Source of the DNA: Nitrosopumilus sp.
Lineage (GTDB): Archaea > Thermoproteota > Nitrososphaeria > Nitrososphaerales > Nitrosopumilaceae
DNA: 64,000 nt
Reading direction: 5' to 3'
Assembly: GCA_965249555.1 (NCBI GenBank)
Contig: OZ252243.1
Location: forward strand, 1,312,001-1,376,000
Shown here: one piece after another, positions 50,432 to 61,222 of the stretch
Layout: each line of letters starts with the position of its first letter
How positions within the stretch are numbered: position 1 is the stretch's first letter
Translations under genes and position numbers: made by a program
Notes under the pieces: model-generated
What the model was told of the DNA's origin: nothing
The model's input: only the letters and a program-made list of their open reading frames with translations
Database searches by the model: none

Positions 50432-51524
50432 ATCAAAAGAATTAAGCAAGAAATCCAAAGAAAAACAAAAGAATATTCTTGAGATGCTTAAAAGTCACGG
50501 TGCAAAAATATATGATGATTTAGATAATGGACAATTTCCAAAATTCTCCATACCTAGTAGATCTGTTAGTAACATAGTTTATGATAAAAAACTTAGACAA
50601 TACATTCTAGGAAATAATTCTGCTTTGAGGAGTGCAAAAAATTCTGCTCAGTTGAGATCTTTTACACAATTGATGTGGCTTGCATTCTTTGCAAATAGAT
50701 TAACTCAGGAAAAAAAATCATCCACTCTGAGAGATGTTTATTATTCCTCTCAAGCATTTGCTGTTGAATTTGAAGATCAATCAGAATCAGATAATATCAT
50801 TGTGGATTTAGAAGCTGTTACATCTAAACCTCGAGAAGATTTTCACATATTTCCTGAAGAGCGAAGCTCAATCTTTGGTGATTTGAATATAGAGTATACA
50901 ATTCCTGGATATGAAGGAAAAACAATGAATCTATCCAATCATCCTGATGGATATTCAATAGGTCCAAGTCTTACCACTTGTGACTTGGTTGATACTAGTG
51001 CTGAAATTGTAATTGCAGTTGAAAAGGGTGGTCTTTTTACAAGATTTGTTGAAGAACAAATTGATAAAAAATTCAAATCTATAATTATCAATACAGGTGG
51101 ACAAGCTCCTCGTTCAACTAGAACACTATTGAAAAGACTTCATGATGAAATGGGATTACCTGTCATTATTCTTACTGATGGAGATGTGTATGGAGAACAT
51201 ATTGCAATGGTTATCAAATCTGGTTCTGCAAATGCTGCTCATCTAAGAGAACTTACAGTTCCTGATGCAAAATGGGTTGGAGTTTGGGCTACAGATATTG
51301 AAAAATACAAACTACCAACTATTCCTATGACTGAATCTGACATTAAGAGATGTTATGATCTTCAAAAAGATCCAAGATATCAAGAAGGAATTTGGAAAAA
51401 AGAACTAGATGTGTTTTTGAAACTTAAAAGAAAAGCAGAATTGGAGGCTTTCTCAAAATATGGTCTTACTAATATTACTGACAAATATCTTCCACAAAAA
51501 TTAGAATTAGCAAAAAGTCTTTAG
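50418..51524 (+). CDS. top6A: DNA topoisomerase VI subunit A
   Basis: TLRDVYY catalytic Tyr, VEK, TDGD.YG, KAELEA. Confidence 0.96.
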   Translation: MKTSKSKELSKKSKEKQKNILEMLKSHGAKIYDDLDNGQFPKFSIPSRSVSNIVYDKKLRQYILGNNSALRSAKNSAQLRSFTQLMWLAFFANRLTQEKKSSTLRDVYYSSQAFAVEFEDQSESDNIIVDLEAVTSKPREDFHIFPEERSSIFGDLNIEYTIPGYEGKTMNLSNHPDGYSIGPSLTTCDLVDTSAEIVIAVEKGGLFTRFVEEQIDKKFKSIIINTGGQAPRSTRTLLKRLHDEMGLPVIILTDGDVYGEHIAMVIKSGSANAAHLRELTVPDAKWVGVWATDIEKYKLPTIPMTESDIKRCYDLQKDPRYQEGIWKKELDVFLKLKRKAELEAFSKYGLTNITDKYLPQKLELAKSL

Positions 51525-51983
51525 TTATTTTATTCTAAGTGTCAAGACACCATTTCTATATTTGAAATCAAATATCTGCATGTTAGCTGCCCCTTCTATT
51601 GGAACTTCTTTTGAAAATCCTCCAGTTCCACGTATATACAAAATCCCATCTACTAGTCTGACTGCAATTTTATCTTCAGGTCCTGATACTTCAGCCACAA
51701 ACACAAATTCTCCATCACTTTTAATCAGATCATAAACCCAGTTCTTTGTTTCTTGTTCTCTTACTTTGGAGTATAGTGGCTTTTGGTCCTTTGTCATTTT
51801 CTTTAAAACTCTAACCCAGAAAAATATTGTTAGTGCAGCTGCCCCAATTAAAATAAAACTCACAAAGCCTGAATCTTCCCTTTGTGTCATGATATAGATT
51901 ATTCCAAAAAATAGAATTATAATAATTGGTATTACAAAATTTAATGATTGTTCATTTGAATATGTTTTCTTATAACTTGCCAA
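51525..51983 (-). CDS. 2-TM protein with Hsp20/alpha-crystallin-like C-terminus
   Basis: Two TMs then VAEV.G...YRNGVL. Confidence 0.7.
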   Translation of the reverse strand: MASYKKTYSNEQSLNFVIPIIIILFFGIIYIMTQREDSGFVSFILIGAAALTIFFWVRVLKKMTKDQKPLYSKVREQETKNWVYDLIKSDGEFVFVAEVSGPEDKIAVRLVDGILYIRGTGGFSKEVPIEGAANMQIFDFKYRNGVLTLRIK

Positions 51984-52054
51984 ACAGTAAAAATCTGAGT
52001 TTACCAAATATAAAGTATCTTTGGTTTTTATTACCATTTTTCAAAATTTAGCTA

Positions 52055-52276
52055 TTGTCTGATGATGAAAAATCTACCAAACTCACAATGCGAGAAATTG
52101 TATTAAGAGGAACCATTATTGCCATAATTATTACAATTCCATCAATTATTGCATTTGTTCTTACCTGGATTTTACTTGATGATTTGATCTATGCATTCAT
52201 TTCAGGCGCAATGGTTTATTTTGTTGCCATGATAATATCCTTGAAAATTTCTAAAAAATTTTTGGTCAAACAATAG
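52055..52276 (+). CDS. small 2-TM membrane protein
   Basis: Hydrophobic hairpin. Confidence 0.65.
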   Translation: MSDDEKSTKLTMREIVLRGTIIAIIITIPSIIAFVLTWILLDDLIYAFISGAMVYFVAMIISLKISKKFLVKQ

Positions 52277-52317
52277 TTGTATAGATCATTTTTATTTCAT
52301 TGTAATTCACTTCAAAA

Positions 52318-52671
52318 ATGATGGATTCTAGAATTGAAAATGATCTGGTTTCTGAAATTAGATTAGCGCCTATTCAGGCTAAAGTGTATTTGTTAGTTAC
52401 CTGTTATGGAAAAATGTCTTCAACAAAAATTGGAGAAAAATTAAAAATTTCTTCTGATGTTGCTCAAAAGGCAGCTAAAGAACTAATGGCTCTTGGTGCT
52501 TTCATAGATTTTTCTGAAACTGAGTTTGAGGCAATGCATCCTAGATTTACAGCAGTTAACATGTATAGAAAAATGTGTGAGCGAGAAAATATTGAATTTA
52601 AACGAAATAAAATTGTTGATAATCTAGGAGCAATTTTAGAAAAACCATATGATGATGCAAGAACTAAATAA
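52318..52671 (+). CDS. TrmB-like HTH protein
   Basis: L...QAKVY.L...G...I...L pattern. Confidence 0.6.
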   Translation: MMDSRIENDLVSEIRLAPIQAKVYLLVTCYGKMSSTKIGEKLKISSDVAQKAAKELMALGAFIDFSETEFEAMHPRFTAVNMYRKMCERENIEFKRNKIVDNLGAILEKPYDDARTK

Positions 52672-52693
52672 TACTGATTATGGGTGAACATCA

Positions 52694-53092
52694 TTGAGTA
52701 TTGACACTGAAACTTGTAAACATCAACCTGTTTACTATGGAGTAATAAACATCAACATAGATGAGAAAACAATCGGTTCAGTTGATGTTTGGAGATGTGG
52801 TGCTTGCAAGAAACGATTCTGTGAAGAAAAACAACTTGGAATTGAAGAGATAGCTGATCTAGTGGGAATGCCCAAAATTGATTCTGATGCAAAGTGGGCA
52901 GTTACAGTATGTAAATTGCAACAAGGAAAATACAAATGGCAATTAGTTAAACTAAAAGAAAATAGTGAAATTAAACATGAATGTTTAGATGAGCAAATAA
53001 TTCCACTCAAGGTTAAGGATTTTAAAGTTGAAGACGATAAACATTGGAGCTTTTTAATTGATGACAATATTAACAAGGCTGTTGAAATTTAG
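52694..53092 (+). CDS. hypothetical Cys-containing protein
   Basis: C.H..CGAC...C; 132 aa. Confidence 0.7.
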   Translation: MSIDTETCKHQPVYYGVININIDEKTIGSVDVWRCGACKKRFCEEKQLGIEEIADLVGMPKIDSDAKWAVTVCKLQQGKYKWQLVKLKENSEIKHECLDEQIIPLKVKDFKVEDDKHWSFLIDDNINKAVEI

Positions 53093-53100
53093 TTTTTAAA

Positions 53101-53385
53101 ATGAATCTTACAGTTCACATTAATAATATTCATGGAAGTCAGATGGCTGCAAAGATCACTGGTAAATTCACTTTAGATGATAATGAATTTCGTTTTACTG
53201 CAATTGCATTTGGTAGAATAGGTGGACAAAATGTAGGTGCAAAGCTTTCTAAAACTACTGAGAAAGAATTGGAAAAATTAGGATATGATGTTGAGGAAGT
53301 TATCATCTTACTTCAAAAGAACTTACTTCAAGGAGATTTGACCCTCCCAGAAGGACTCACAAAAGAATCATTTGTAGATGACTAA
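53101..53385 (+). CDS. hypothetical protein
   Basis: 94-aa ORF. Confidence 0.7.
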   Translation: MNLTVHINNIHGSQMAAKITGKFTLDDNEFRFTAIAFGRIGGQNVGAKLSKTTEKELEKLGYDVEEVIILLQKNLLQGDLTLPEGLTKESFVDD

Positions 53386-54173
53386 AATTCTGCTTCTGCT
53401 AATGCCTTAGCACAGGAACAACTTCTGGTCTTAGGAATATTATCAATCAATTCTGTTAATACTTTTTTTGTTTTCTCTATATTTTTTGAAAGTGTCTCTA
53501 AGACTTGTTTAGCAGTTACAGGTTTTTCAGTCCAAACATCATAATCTGTAACTGTTGATATTGATACATAACACATCTGTGCTTCTCTTGCTAGTTGACA
53601 TTCTGGAACAAGTGTCATTCCAATGATATCTGCTCCAGTTGATCTGTAGAATTTTGATTCTGCTTTAGTTGAAAATCGTGGACCTTCAATGCAGACATAG
53701 GTGCAATCTTTATGCATCTTCAAATCTTGTTTGTCTGTTACTTGAAGAATTGATGATTGTAATTCCGGACAAAAAGGATCAGCTACTGAAATATGGATAA
53801 CTTTTCCTTCTTCTGAAAATGACCCCTCTCTTGATTTTGTAAAATCTAGAAATTGTGATGGTAATGCAAAGTGTCCAGGTTCTAATTCTTCTTTTAGACT
53901 TCCAACTGCTGAAGGTGCTATGATTCTTGTAACTCCTAATTCTTTGAATGCCCAAATGTTTGCTTTGAAATTAATCATATGTGGCGGAATAGTATGTTTT
54001 TTTCCATGTCTTGGAAGAAAAGCAATCTTTCTTCCATTAAAAATTCCAACTGTTATGGTATCTGATGGTTTACCAAAAGGTGTCTTGACATCTACTTCTT
54101 GTGCATTTTCGAGTAAACCTGAATCATAAATTCCTGTTCCTCCAAAAATTCCAATTTCAACATCTTTTTCCAT
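53382..54173 (-). CDS. mtnP: S-methyl-5'-thioadenosine phosphorylase
   Basis: [34 protein letters not shown]. Confidence 0.94.
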   Translation of the reverse strand: MEKDVEIGIFGGTGIYDSGLLENAQEVDVKTPFGKPSDTITVGIFNGRKIAFLPRHGKKHTIPPHMINFKANIWAFKELGVTRIIAPSAVGSLKEELEPGHFALPSQFLDFTKSREGSFSEEGKVIHISVADPFCPELQSSILQVTDKQDLKMHKDCTYVCIEGPRFSTKAESKFYRSTGADIIGMTLVPECQLAREAQMCYVSISTVTDYDVWTEKPVTAKQVLETLSKNIEKTKKVLTELIDNIPKTRSCSCAKALAEAEF

Positions 54174-54685
54174 TAATACTTCACCAATGATTTACAATCA
54201 TACTTGCTGATTCCTTTAATTCCATTTAGTTCCGTTAATTCTATGATAAACGCAAACCCTGAAATTTTACCTCCTATTTTTTCAATTAATTTTGCAGATG
54301 CTTTTGCTGTACCTCCAGTTGCAAGTAAATCATCACAAATGAGTATTCTTTGCCCTTCTTTGATAATGTCTTTCTGAATCTCTATTGTGTCTTTACCATA
54401 TTCAATTGTGTATGATATTTTTACAGTTTTTCCAGGCAATTTTCCTGCTTTTCTAATCATTATCATGCCTTTGTTGTATCTTGAGGCTAAAAGACACGCT
54501 AAAATGAATCCTCTTGACTCAATTCCAGCAAACAAATCTATATCTTTTGGATGAAAATATTTTGAAAACTCATCAGCAATTAAAGACAAAGCTGATGGAT
54601 CTTTCAAAATTGGACTAAAGTCTCTAAACAAAATTCCTTTTTTCGGAAAATTAGGATATTCGGCAATTTTTTCTCTAAGATTCAT
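54173..54685 (-). CDS. apt: adenine phosphoribosyltransferase
   Basis: [32 protein letters not shown]. Confidence 0.95.
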   Translation of the reverse strand: MNLREKIAEYPNFPKKGILFRDFSPILKDPSALSLIADEFSKYFHPKDIDLFAGIESRGFILACLLASRYNKGMIMIRKAGKLPGKTVKISYTIEYGKDTIEIQKDIIKEGQRILICDDLLATGGTAKASAKLIEKIGGKISGFAFIIELTELNGIKGISKYDCKSLVKY

Positions 54686-54727
54686 AGAAATTGTAGTGAT
54701 TTAGTAAAATAAAATTGTTTGAAATTG

Positions 54728-56932
54728 TTATTCCACTATAAAAGTGGTTTCTGCAGAATCAAAATTATCTGTTGCATTAACTGTATAAATTCCAGGTTCT
54801 GTTTCTTTAGGGATTATCCATGGCTGATTAATCTCTCCTTGGGCTGATGCTACAAATGACAAAGTCTGTATGATTTCACCGTCTTCTGCTATTATATTAA
54901 TTTCCACAGATTGTTTGGCTTCAATCACTTTGATTGAAATTGTTTTTCCAAGATGTGATGTACGTAGATCATCTACTTCAACTATTATCTGCATTCCTTC
55001 CTGTAATGTTGCTAAAACTTCAATTTCTTTTTCGGCAAAGTTTGCTCCACTTGTTGCCTTGATTATCCAAATTCCAGATTTTGCATCTGATGGTATCCTA
55101 AATGATTCTTCTGAAATTTTACCTGTTGTGACTCCACTTTTTATGTCTGTAACTGTGTGTATTATGATTGTCTCTTTTGTTTTTACTATATCTCCATCTA
55201 CATCTGTTAATGTAAATTCTGCCACGCATTTTCTCTCTGTTTCACCTAGAATTAAAATGGGTTCCCCAGGTACATAACTCTCCTTGGTAGTGTCAATATT
55301 CATTGTACCACAAATACTCTGCACACCAACTGTAAAAACATCCTTAGTTTGAGTACTTCCCTTACTAATTACGGCGGTGTATATTCCAGTTGCATATTCA
55401 TCTAGATTAAGAGAATATGTTCCTCTACCATCTGATTGTAGTGTTATGGATATTGTTTCTCCTTTTGGTTTTTCATCAGGATCAAGAATTAGTAAACTAA
55501 TGATATCTGATCCTTTCCCTGTGAGTGAAATTATTGCCATATCTCCTGCTTTGTAGTTTAATGCATCAAATTCTAAGTTAACTGGAATTGAAGGTAATTG
55601 TCCAAGTCCTGCAAAAATAAACTCTTTTTCTTTTTCTTGTGTTGCAATTAGTGTGTATGTTCCCTTTGCTGTACTTTGCTCTGTTAGAAATTCAAATTCT
55701 ACAAAACCTGAATCATCAACTTGAATAATATCTGAAAAAACCTCATTTCCAATAGGGTCTTCTAATATCATTTCAATTGATTTGTTTGGTAAGGCAGTTC
55801 CGTTAAATCTCATGACTTCACCTGGTTCAAACTTTAAACTAATTGGAGTTATGATTATTACTTTATCTGATTCTACAGTCCAATGTTTTAGTATATTTTG
55901 TCTTCCATCTGTGATAGTTGCACTGTATTTGCCAAATGGAGTGTCTAATGCTACAATAATTGGCTCATCTAATTTCCAGTTCCCTTTACTGTCTATTTCT
56001 GCTGTTCTTGAATTGATTATTTCTCCTTCTGAATTAGCAACTTCTGCTGTAATTGCACTATCTGGATCTCCAGTTCCAAAAATCTCTAAAAAGTCACCTC
56101 TATGTATAACATCTGGAATTCCTTGAATTGTGAGTTTGATGTTTTCCGTTTCTGGAATTCTGCTTTCAATTTCCCCTATTCTTAGACTAATCTTTTTCTC
56201 TCCTCCATCTTTATCTTTTATTTTGAAATCTGCTCTGTCAGCTTTTTGATCTTCAGGAATTTTCATTGTAGTCATAAAGTGACCATTTCCATCTGTTTCA
56301 AAACTACCTATTTTTTTTGAATCAATGTAAAAATCAAATTCTTGAGATACAGCAAATTTATCTCCTGTAACTCTGATTGATGACCCAACATTTGGTTTCT
56401 CTGGAACTATTCTAAAGATTGATTCTGATATGTCATAAACTACTACATCAGTATTTTCTGTACTTTGCTCTTGTTTAGGTTCTGTATTTTGAATTACATC
56501 TGGCAATCCCTCAGGTGACACTATGCCAGTACTAGTTTGTTTGTCTTCTTTGTCTAATATCTTCCAATTAATTCCAGGTTTTTCTTTATCTGTTTTAACA
56601 CCAAACTTTGCCGATTCACCTGGTTTGATTGTTTCAGATGATGTGAAAATTATTACTCCTTGTGGAGTTTTTTCACCCACCCATCCTTTTTCTGTTTTAA
56701 AAGATTCAAAACTAAAATCACTTCCAAGCCAAATTCTAAAAGTATTAACTTCTTCATTAGAATCATTTGTGATTTCAATTATTGTTGTCTCTTCAAATGC
56801 AAAACTTTTGACATTAACTTCTTCTGCATATGCATTTGATGGAATTGCAATAAGTATTATTGAAAATAATAATGTAATTGAAAGGAAAATTCCTCTCGTC
56901 GAGGATTTATTCATATAATTCGGATTAGCCAT
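54728..56932 (-). CDS. large secreted/surface protein with repeated Ig-like beta domains
   Basis: Signal peptide; recurring G.Y.V.A.. strands, acidic composition. Confidence 0.8.
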   Translation of the reverse strand: MANPNYMNKSSTRGIFLSITLLFSIILIAIPSNAYAEEVNVKSFAFEETTIIEITNDSNEEVNTFRIWLGSDFSFESFKTEKGWVGEKTPQGVIIFTSSETIKPGESAKFGVKTDKEKPGINWKILDKEDKQTSTGIVSPEGLPDVIQNTEPKQEQSTENTDVVVYDISESIFRIVPEKPNVGSSIRVTGDKFAVSQEFDFYIDSKKIGSFETDGNGHFMTTMKIPEDQKADRADFKIKDKDGGEKKISLRIGEIESRIPETENIKLTIQGIPDVIHRGDFLEIFGTGDPDSAITAEVANSEGEIINSRTAEIDSKGNWKLDEPIIVALDTPFGKYSATITDGRQNILKHWTVESDKVIIITPISLKFEPGEVMRFNGTALPNKSIEMILEDPIGNEVFSDIIQVDDSGFVEFEFLTEQSTAKGTYTLIATQEKEKEFIFAGLGQLPSIPVNLEFDALNYKAGDMAIISLTGKGSDIISLLILDPDEKPKGETISITLQSDGRGTYSLNLDEYATGIYTAVISKGSTQTKDVFTVGVQSICGTMNIDTTKESYVPGEPILILGETERKCVAEFTLTDVDGDIVKTKETIIIHTVTDIKSGVTTGKISEESFRIPSDAKSGIWIIKATSGANFAEKEIEVLATLQEGMQIIVEVDDLRTSHLGKTISIKVIEAKQSVEINIIAEDGEIIQTLSFVASAQGEINQPWIIPKETEPGIYTVNATDNFDSAETTFIVE

Positions 56933-57011
56933 CTCTCACTTAAACCTAAAGCCTTTTTCCTATTCTTCTATTATTTACTTCAGTATTTTTCATGAGAAAC
57001 CTTCTTAAATC

Positions 57012-59105
57012 TTAAGCCTTTGCCTTTTGAAATTTGTTCAGGTCTGGTTTTGTAACTACGTTTTGATACTGTCTGATTCTTTCAGCAATTAGTCTATACA
57101 ATGATCTGAATTGGTCTTTTGTTTTATCTGATAGGAAACTAGTCTCTTCAAGTGTAATTTTTTCACATATGTATCTGGTAATCTCTTCATTATCAAATTC
57201 TCCCCAATCGTCTTCTCTGTGTTCTTGCCATTTTTTTCTCAACTTGTCCAAGATTCCTTTACTTTCTTTAGAGGCAATATCTTGAGGTGTGAGAATTGAA
57301 AATCCCTCCTGTCTCAACTTTATTTCATAAGTTTGGTTTACCACGTGTAAATAATCTTCAAGAACAATATAATCCTCAATTGACTCTAGCTTTTTTCCTT
57401 CTCTCTCAAAAAAGATAGTCTGAACTGATGAGAATTCATTTGAGACTAATTGTGCAGAAATTTGCTTGGATTCCTCTGTATTGTCTAATAAAATAAATGT
57501 CTTGTAACCATGATTTCTGTAAAATATTGCCAAAGGTAAAACTGAATTTTTGTTATATGCTGCAACAACATTAAGAGGATTCATTGATATATTTGGATCC
57601 TGTAAGAATTTATCAAAAGCATTTAGATACATTGCATCAGACATTGTCTCTACAATAATTATTGGTCTAGAGTTTGTTCCTATCTCTCTATCTACAATAG
57701 ATTCAACTATACCTCTGGATAACCCATACAAAATCGGCGTTAATGTTTTGTCATCAGCATTCCAATAATCATAAAAGATCCTGCTAAGATGTTTTCTTTT
57801 GTCTAACTCTACAACAAGTAGATTGCCTGGAGTATAGTCAAAGATCATAAATGGTGAATGTGTTGCATACAAAACTTGGTTAGAACCAGCTAAATTTTTT
57901 AATAAATCTGAAATTCCCATTTGTTGTGTAGGGTGAAGATTTCTTGCAGGTTCATCTAAAAGTAATATTGCTTCTCTTAATTCTGATCTTTGTGTTTCCG
58001 CTGCAAAGTTTACAATAAAAGAGAATGTCCACTTGAAACCCTCTGCTCTTCTGTTTAACAACCCTGTGTTTGTAATTGTTCCATCTTTATGAACATCTGA
58101 AATTACAACACTCATGATGTTTCCTGGATTATATCTCAAGTCTACATGGATGGGGTCTCCTTTCCATGTTGGATTTAATTTACTAGTCAATCTGTTACCT
58201 GCTGAATTAAGAAGTTTGATACATTTTGATGGGCTCTCTTTTACTTCATCTAACTCTTTCATGTCTAATTCAGCTAAATAGAATAGATTTCTTACTGTCT
58301 CTGCTTTATCAAATTCTTCAACATATTCAATTGACTCTCTCCTTTCACCTCTTTCTTCTCTGAGAAATTCGTTGAGATTGATATTTCCATAGATTTTTTT
58401 GTAATCTGAAAAATAAACAAATCTTGGATGCAATTCAGATGCAATAAAATTCTGCAAGGCTGTTTTTTCACTTTCACCACTTAGAAGATTTGAAAATTGG
58501 TTTTCTGGATTTTCATAAATTTTTTCCCATTCTTCAATTACTCTAGGTTCTTGAATAGCTATGACATGAAAATGATTACTAAATTCTGCCATTCCACTAT
58601 CAAATGCTTCTTGGTTCCTTGGAACTGATTCTTCAAAGAATTTTGTGTCAACCTGTATTCTAATGTGGTTTGGAATTGTGTCTAAAAATTCGAGAATCTG
58701 TTTCGAGAAATTTTCCCATGAATTGAGTCCTTTATCATCATCTTCCCCAAGTTCAATTTCTTCAAATTCATATTGGACTTTTGGGTTTTGATTTGTTTTA
58801 AATAATTTAATTTTTTTTATGTCTGGTAAGCTAGGAAATTTTTCTTTTATTAGATTAATTTCATTTTGGTTTAGTTCAAATTCCCCCTCTGCTAGTTTAA
58901 TCTCATCTTTGAGCTCTTCATCCATTTCGTCACAAAGATCTAGTTCTGAAACTTGTTCATCCTTATTCAACAAGGTTAATGCTTGAAGAATGGTGGTTTT
59001 TCCGCTTTCATTTCTCCCAACAAAAGCTGCTAAATCACCAACTGTAATTTCTCCAGAATCATGAATACAGCGATATGCTCTAACTCTGAATTTCCTAAGT
59101 CGCAT
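57012..59105 (-). CDS. OLD-family ABC ATPase with TOPRIM-like domain
   Basis: VGRNESGKT, LLLDEP..LHP..Q, ATHSP, IIVE..SD. Confidence 0.85.
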   Translation of the reverse strand: MRLRKFRVRAYRCIHDSGEITVGDLAAFVGRNESGKTTILQALTLLNKDEQVSELDLCDEMDEELKDEIKLAEGEFELNQNEINLIKEKFPSLPDIKKIKLFKTNQNPKVQYEFEEIELGEDDDKGLNSWENFSKQILEFLDTIPNHIRIQVDTKFFEESVPRNQEAFDSGMAEFSNHFHVIAIQEPRVIEEWEKIYENPENQFSNLLSGESEKTALQNFIASELHPRFVYFSDYKKIYGNINLNEFLREERGERRESIEYVEEFDKAETVRNLFYLAELDMKELDEVKESPSKCIKLLNSAGNRLTSKLNPTWKGDPIHVDLRYNPGNIMSVVISDVHKDGTITNTGLLNRRAEGFKWTFSFIVNFAAETQRSELREAILLLDEPARNLHPTQQMGISDLLKNLAGSNQVLYATHSPFMIFDYTPGNLLVVELDKRKHLSRIFYDYWNADDKTLTPILYGLSRGIVESIVDREIGTNSRPIIIVETMSDAMYLNAFDKFLQDPNISMNPLNVVAAYNKNSVLPLAIFYRNHGYKTFILLDNTEESKQISAQLVSNEFSSVQTIFFEREGKKLESIEDYIVLEDYLHVVNQTYEIKLRQEGFSILTPQDIASKESKGILDKLRKKWQEHREDDWGEFDNEEITRYICEKITLEETSFLSDKTKDQFRSLYRLIAERIRQYQNVVTKPDLNKFQKAKA

Positions 59106-59209
59106 CTAGCGATATTTAGTTGGCTACGATTTAACTCATTCGTCAAATTGATCTTAAGTTTTCTCAATTTGCTAAATAGATATAAGGGAATTATATATTT
59201 TAAAACAAA

Positions 59210-59674
59210 TTGGCAACTAAGAAAGTTCTTGTTGTATTTGTATTACCTGTAATCTTTTCTCTAGTTTTTGGTTCTGCAGTGATGGCTGATATTCTCCAGA
59301 AACCCAATAGAGAATTAAACATGTGGCCAATGTCTTCCTCAGAAGGATTTTCCACCTATACTGCTCCTATTGAGATCATTGGCTTATCCAAACAATATTC
59401 AACATCTGAACCTATAGAAATCCAAGTAAAAATTGATGATTCTTCTTTTGACTGTGGAGATCTTTATGTTACAATTTATTCTGCTGGAAAAAATGATGTA
59501 ATTACTCAAAGTGGATTCCTTGAGCAATGCTTTGAGCAAGGAAGTACAATTCTTCCTGTAGGGGATGAGTTCTCTAAAGTAATTGACACTCCTGGCTCTT
59601 ATGAGATAGTCGCGCAAATGGTTTCAAAAAAACTCATGAATATTTCAATAAGTGAGGTATTTACTGTTAAATAG
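59210..59674 (+). CDS. secreted hypothetical protein
   Basis: Signal/TM then beta-rich domain. Confidence 0.7.
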   Translation: MATKKVLVVFVLPVIFSLVFGSAVMADILQKPNRELNMWPMSSSEGFSTYTAPIEIIGLSKQYSTSEPIEIQVKIDDSSFDCGDLYVTIYSAGKNDVITQSGFLEQCFEQGSTILPVGDEFSKVIDTPGSYEIVAQMVSKKLMNISISEVFTVK

Positions 59675-59726
59675 GAATGGATAATTGTATGATAAATAAG
59701 AAATTGAATTTAAAAAATGAGGTAAT

Positions 59727-60632
59727 ATGATGGCAAAGAAAAAAGATACTTTAATTGATGAAGCAAAAAAAATTCAAGCAGAACTTGATGAATTAAAAAA
59801 GAAAAAGGAAACTCTAGATTCCTCCCAAGCAAAGAAAGCTGAAGCAAAACCAGCAAAGAAAACAAAGAAAGCTGAAGCAAAACCAGCAAAGAAAACAAAG
59901 AAAGCTGAAGCAAAACCAGCAAAGAAAACAAAGAAAGCTGAAGCAAAACCAGCAAAGAAAACAAAGAAAGCTGAAGCAAAACCAGCAAAGAAAACAAAGA
60001 AAGCTGAAGCAAAACCAGCAAAGAAAACAAAGAAAGCTGAAGCAAAACCAGCAAAGAAAACAAAGAAAGCTGAAGCAAAACCAGCAAAGAAAACAAAGAA
60101 AGCTGAAGCAAAACCAGCAAAGAAAGCTGAAGCAAAACCAGCAAAAGTAAAAAAATTAACTAAAAAAGAATTAGAAGAAATTAAAAGAATAGAAGAATTA
60201 ACTCTTGAAGAAGAATTAGAAGAACAACTTTCAGATAAAGAAATTGAAAACTTTCAGATTGAGAAAGTTGACATGGAAAGACTTACCAACAAAGTTTGTG
60301 ATATTTTAGCGGAACGTGAATCAGATGGAATGTTTCAAAGTGAATTATGGAAAAAACTTAAACTTACAAATCAGGTTGGTTCTCGTCTAGCATTAAAACT
60401 TGAACGAATGGGAACAATTACACGATCAAAACTTCTTGAAAAGGAACGTTGGACTTACAAATTAATTTTAAAGAAGACTCCAATTAGCACTCAATCAATT
60501 GTAAATGCACCTTGTTTGGTTTGTCCTGTTGAACAGAAATGTTCTCTTGACGGTGAAATCAGTCCAAGAAATTGTCAATTTATTGAAGACTGGGTAATTG
60601 CCGAACTGAAAAAACCTACGAAGTCCAAATGA
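59727..60632 (+). CDS. TFE-beta (RPC34/39-like wHTH + Fe-S) with Lys/Ala-rich repeat N-terminus
   Basis: G.FQSELWK.L...GSRL..KLE..G wHTH; PCLVCPVEQKC......P.NC Cys cluster. Confidence 0.78.
   Translation: MMAKKKDTLIDEAKKIQAELDELKKKKETLDSSQAKKAEAKPAKKTKKAEAKPAKKTKKAEAKPAKKTKKAEAKPAKKTKKAEAKPAKKTKKAEAKPAKKTKKAEAKPAKKTKKAEAKPAKKTKKAEAKPAKKAEAKPAKVKKLTKKELEEIKRIEELTLEEELEEQLSDKEIENFQIEKVDMERLTNKVCDILAERESDGMFQSELWKKLKLTNQVGSRLALKLERMGTITRSKLLEKERWTYKLILKKTPISTQSIVNAPCLVCPVEQKCSLDGEISPRNCQFIEDWVIAELKKPTKSK
59832..60146 (+). repeat. 33-bp coding tandem repeat (8 perfect + 2 short units)
   Basis: AAGAAAGCTGAAGCAAAACCAGCAAAGAAAACA = KKAEAKPAKKT. Confidence 0.95.
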
Positions 60633-61222
60633 AACTGTTAGATGCTCGTAAAGATTACTATCGAAAATTAGCACATGAACAAGGTTTTCGAAGTAGATCT
60701 GCTTTCAAACTTAAAGATCTAAACAAATCATATCGCCTAATTGGTCCAGGATTTAATGTTCTTGATTTAGGATGTGCTCCTGGTGGTTGGACTCAGATGG
60801 CTGTCAAATTGACAGGAAATCAAGGTAAGGTTATGGGAATTGATTTGGATTATGTTGAAGAGATTCCTGGTGCATATCTAATTAGAGAAAATATTGAAGA
60901 TGAACATGTGATTGATGAGATAATGTCCTATTTTGGACGTAAAGTGAATGCTGTAATTTGTGATCTTTCTCCCAAAGTTAGTGGGAATTGGTCAGTTGAT
61001 CATGCTAAACAAATCTCTTTGAATTATGATTGTACCAAAATTATGGATAAAGTTTTAGCAAACAAAGGAAATGCTGTTTTCAAAATTTTTGATGGTGAAC
61101 ACTCGATGGAATTCAGAGATTACGTAAAGAAAAAATTTGTCAGAATAAATCTTACAAAACCTAAAGCTAGTAGAAAACAAAGTAGTGAATTATACTGTGT
61201 TTGTCTGGGTTTTATTGGATAG
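60629..61222 (+). CDS. rlmE: 23S rRNA 2'-O-methyltransferase RlmE/FtsJ
   Basis: RSRSAFKL, DLGCAPGGW.Q, KP.ASR..S.E.Y. Confidence 0.93.
   Translation: MKLLDARKDYYRKLAHEQGFRSRSAFKLKDLNKSYRLIGPGFNVLDLGCAPGGWTQMAVKLTGNQGKVMGIDLDYVEEIPGAYLIRENIEDEHVIDEIMSYFGRKVNAVICDLSPKVSGNWSVDHAKQISLNYDCTKIMDKVLANKGNAVFKIFDGEHSMEFRDYVKKKFVRINLTKPKASRKQSSELYCVCLGFIG

Noticed and set aside
59710-60144. Antisense repeat ORFs (also 25746-26247, 46178-46396 and other short overlaps)
   Set aside because: Shadows of real genes on the opposite strand.
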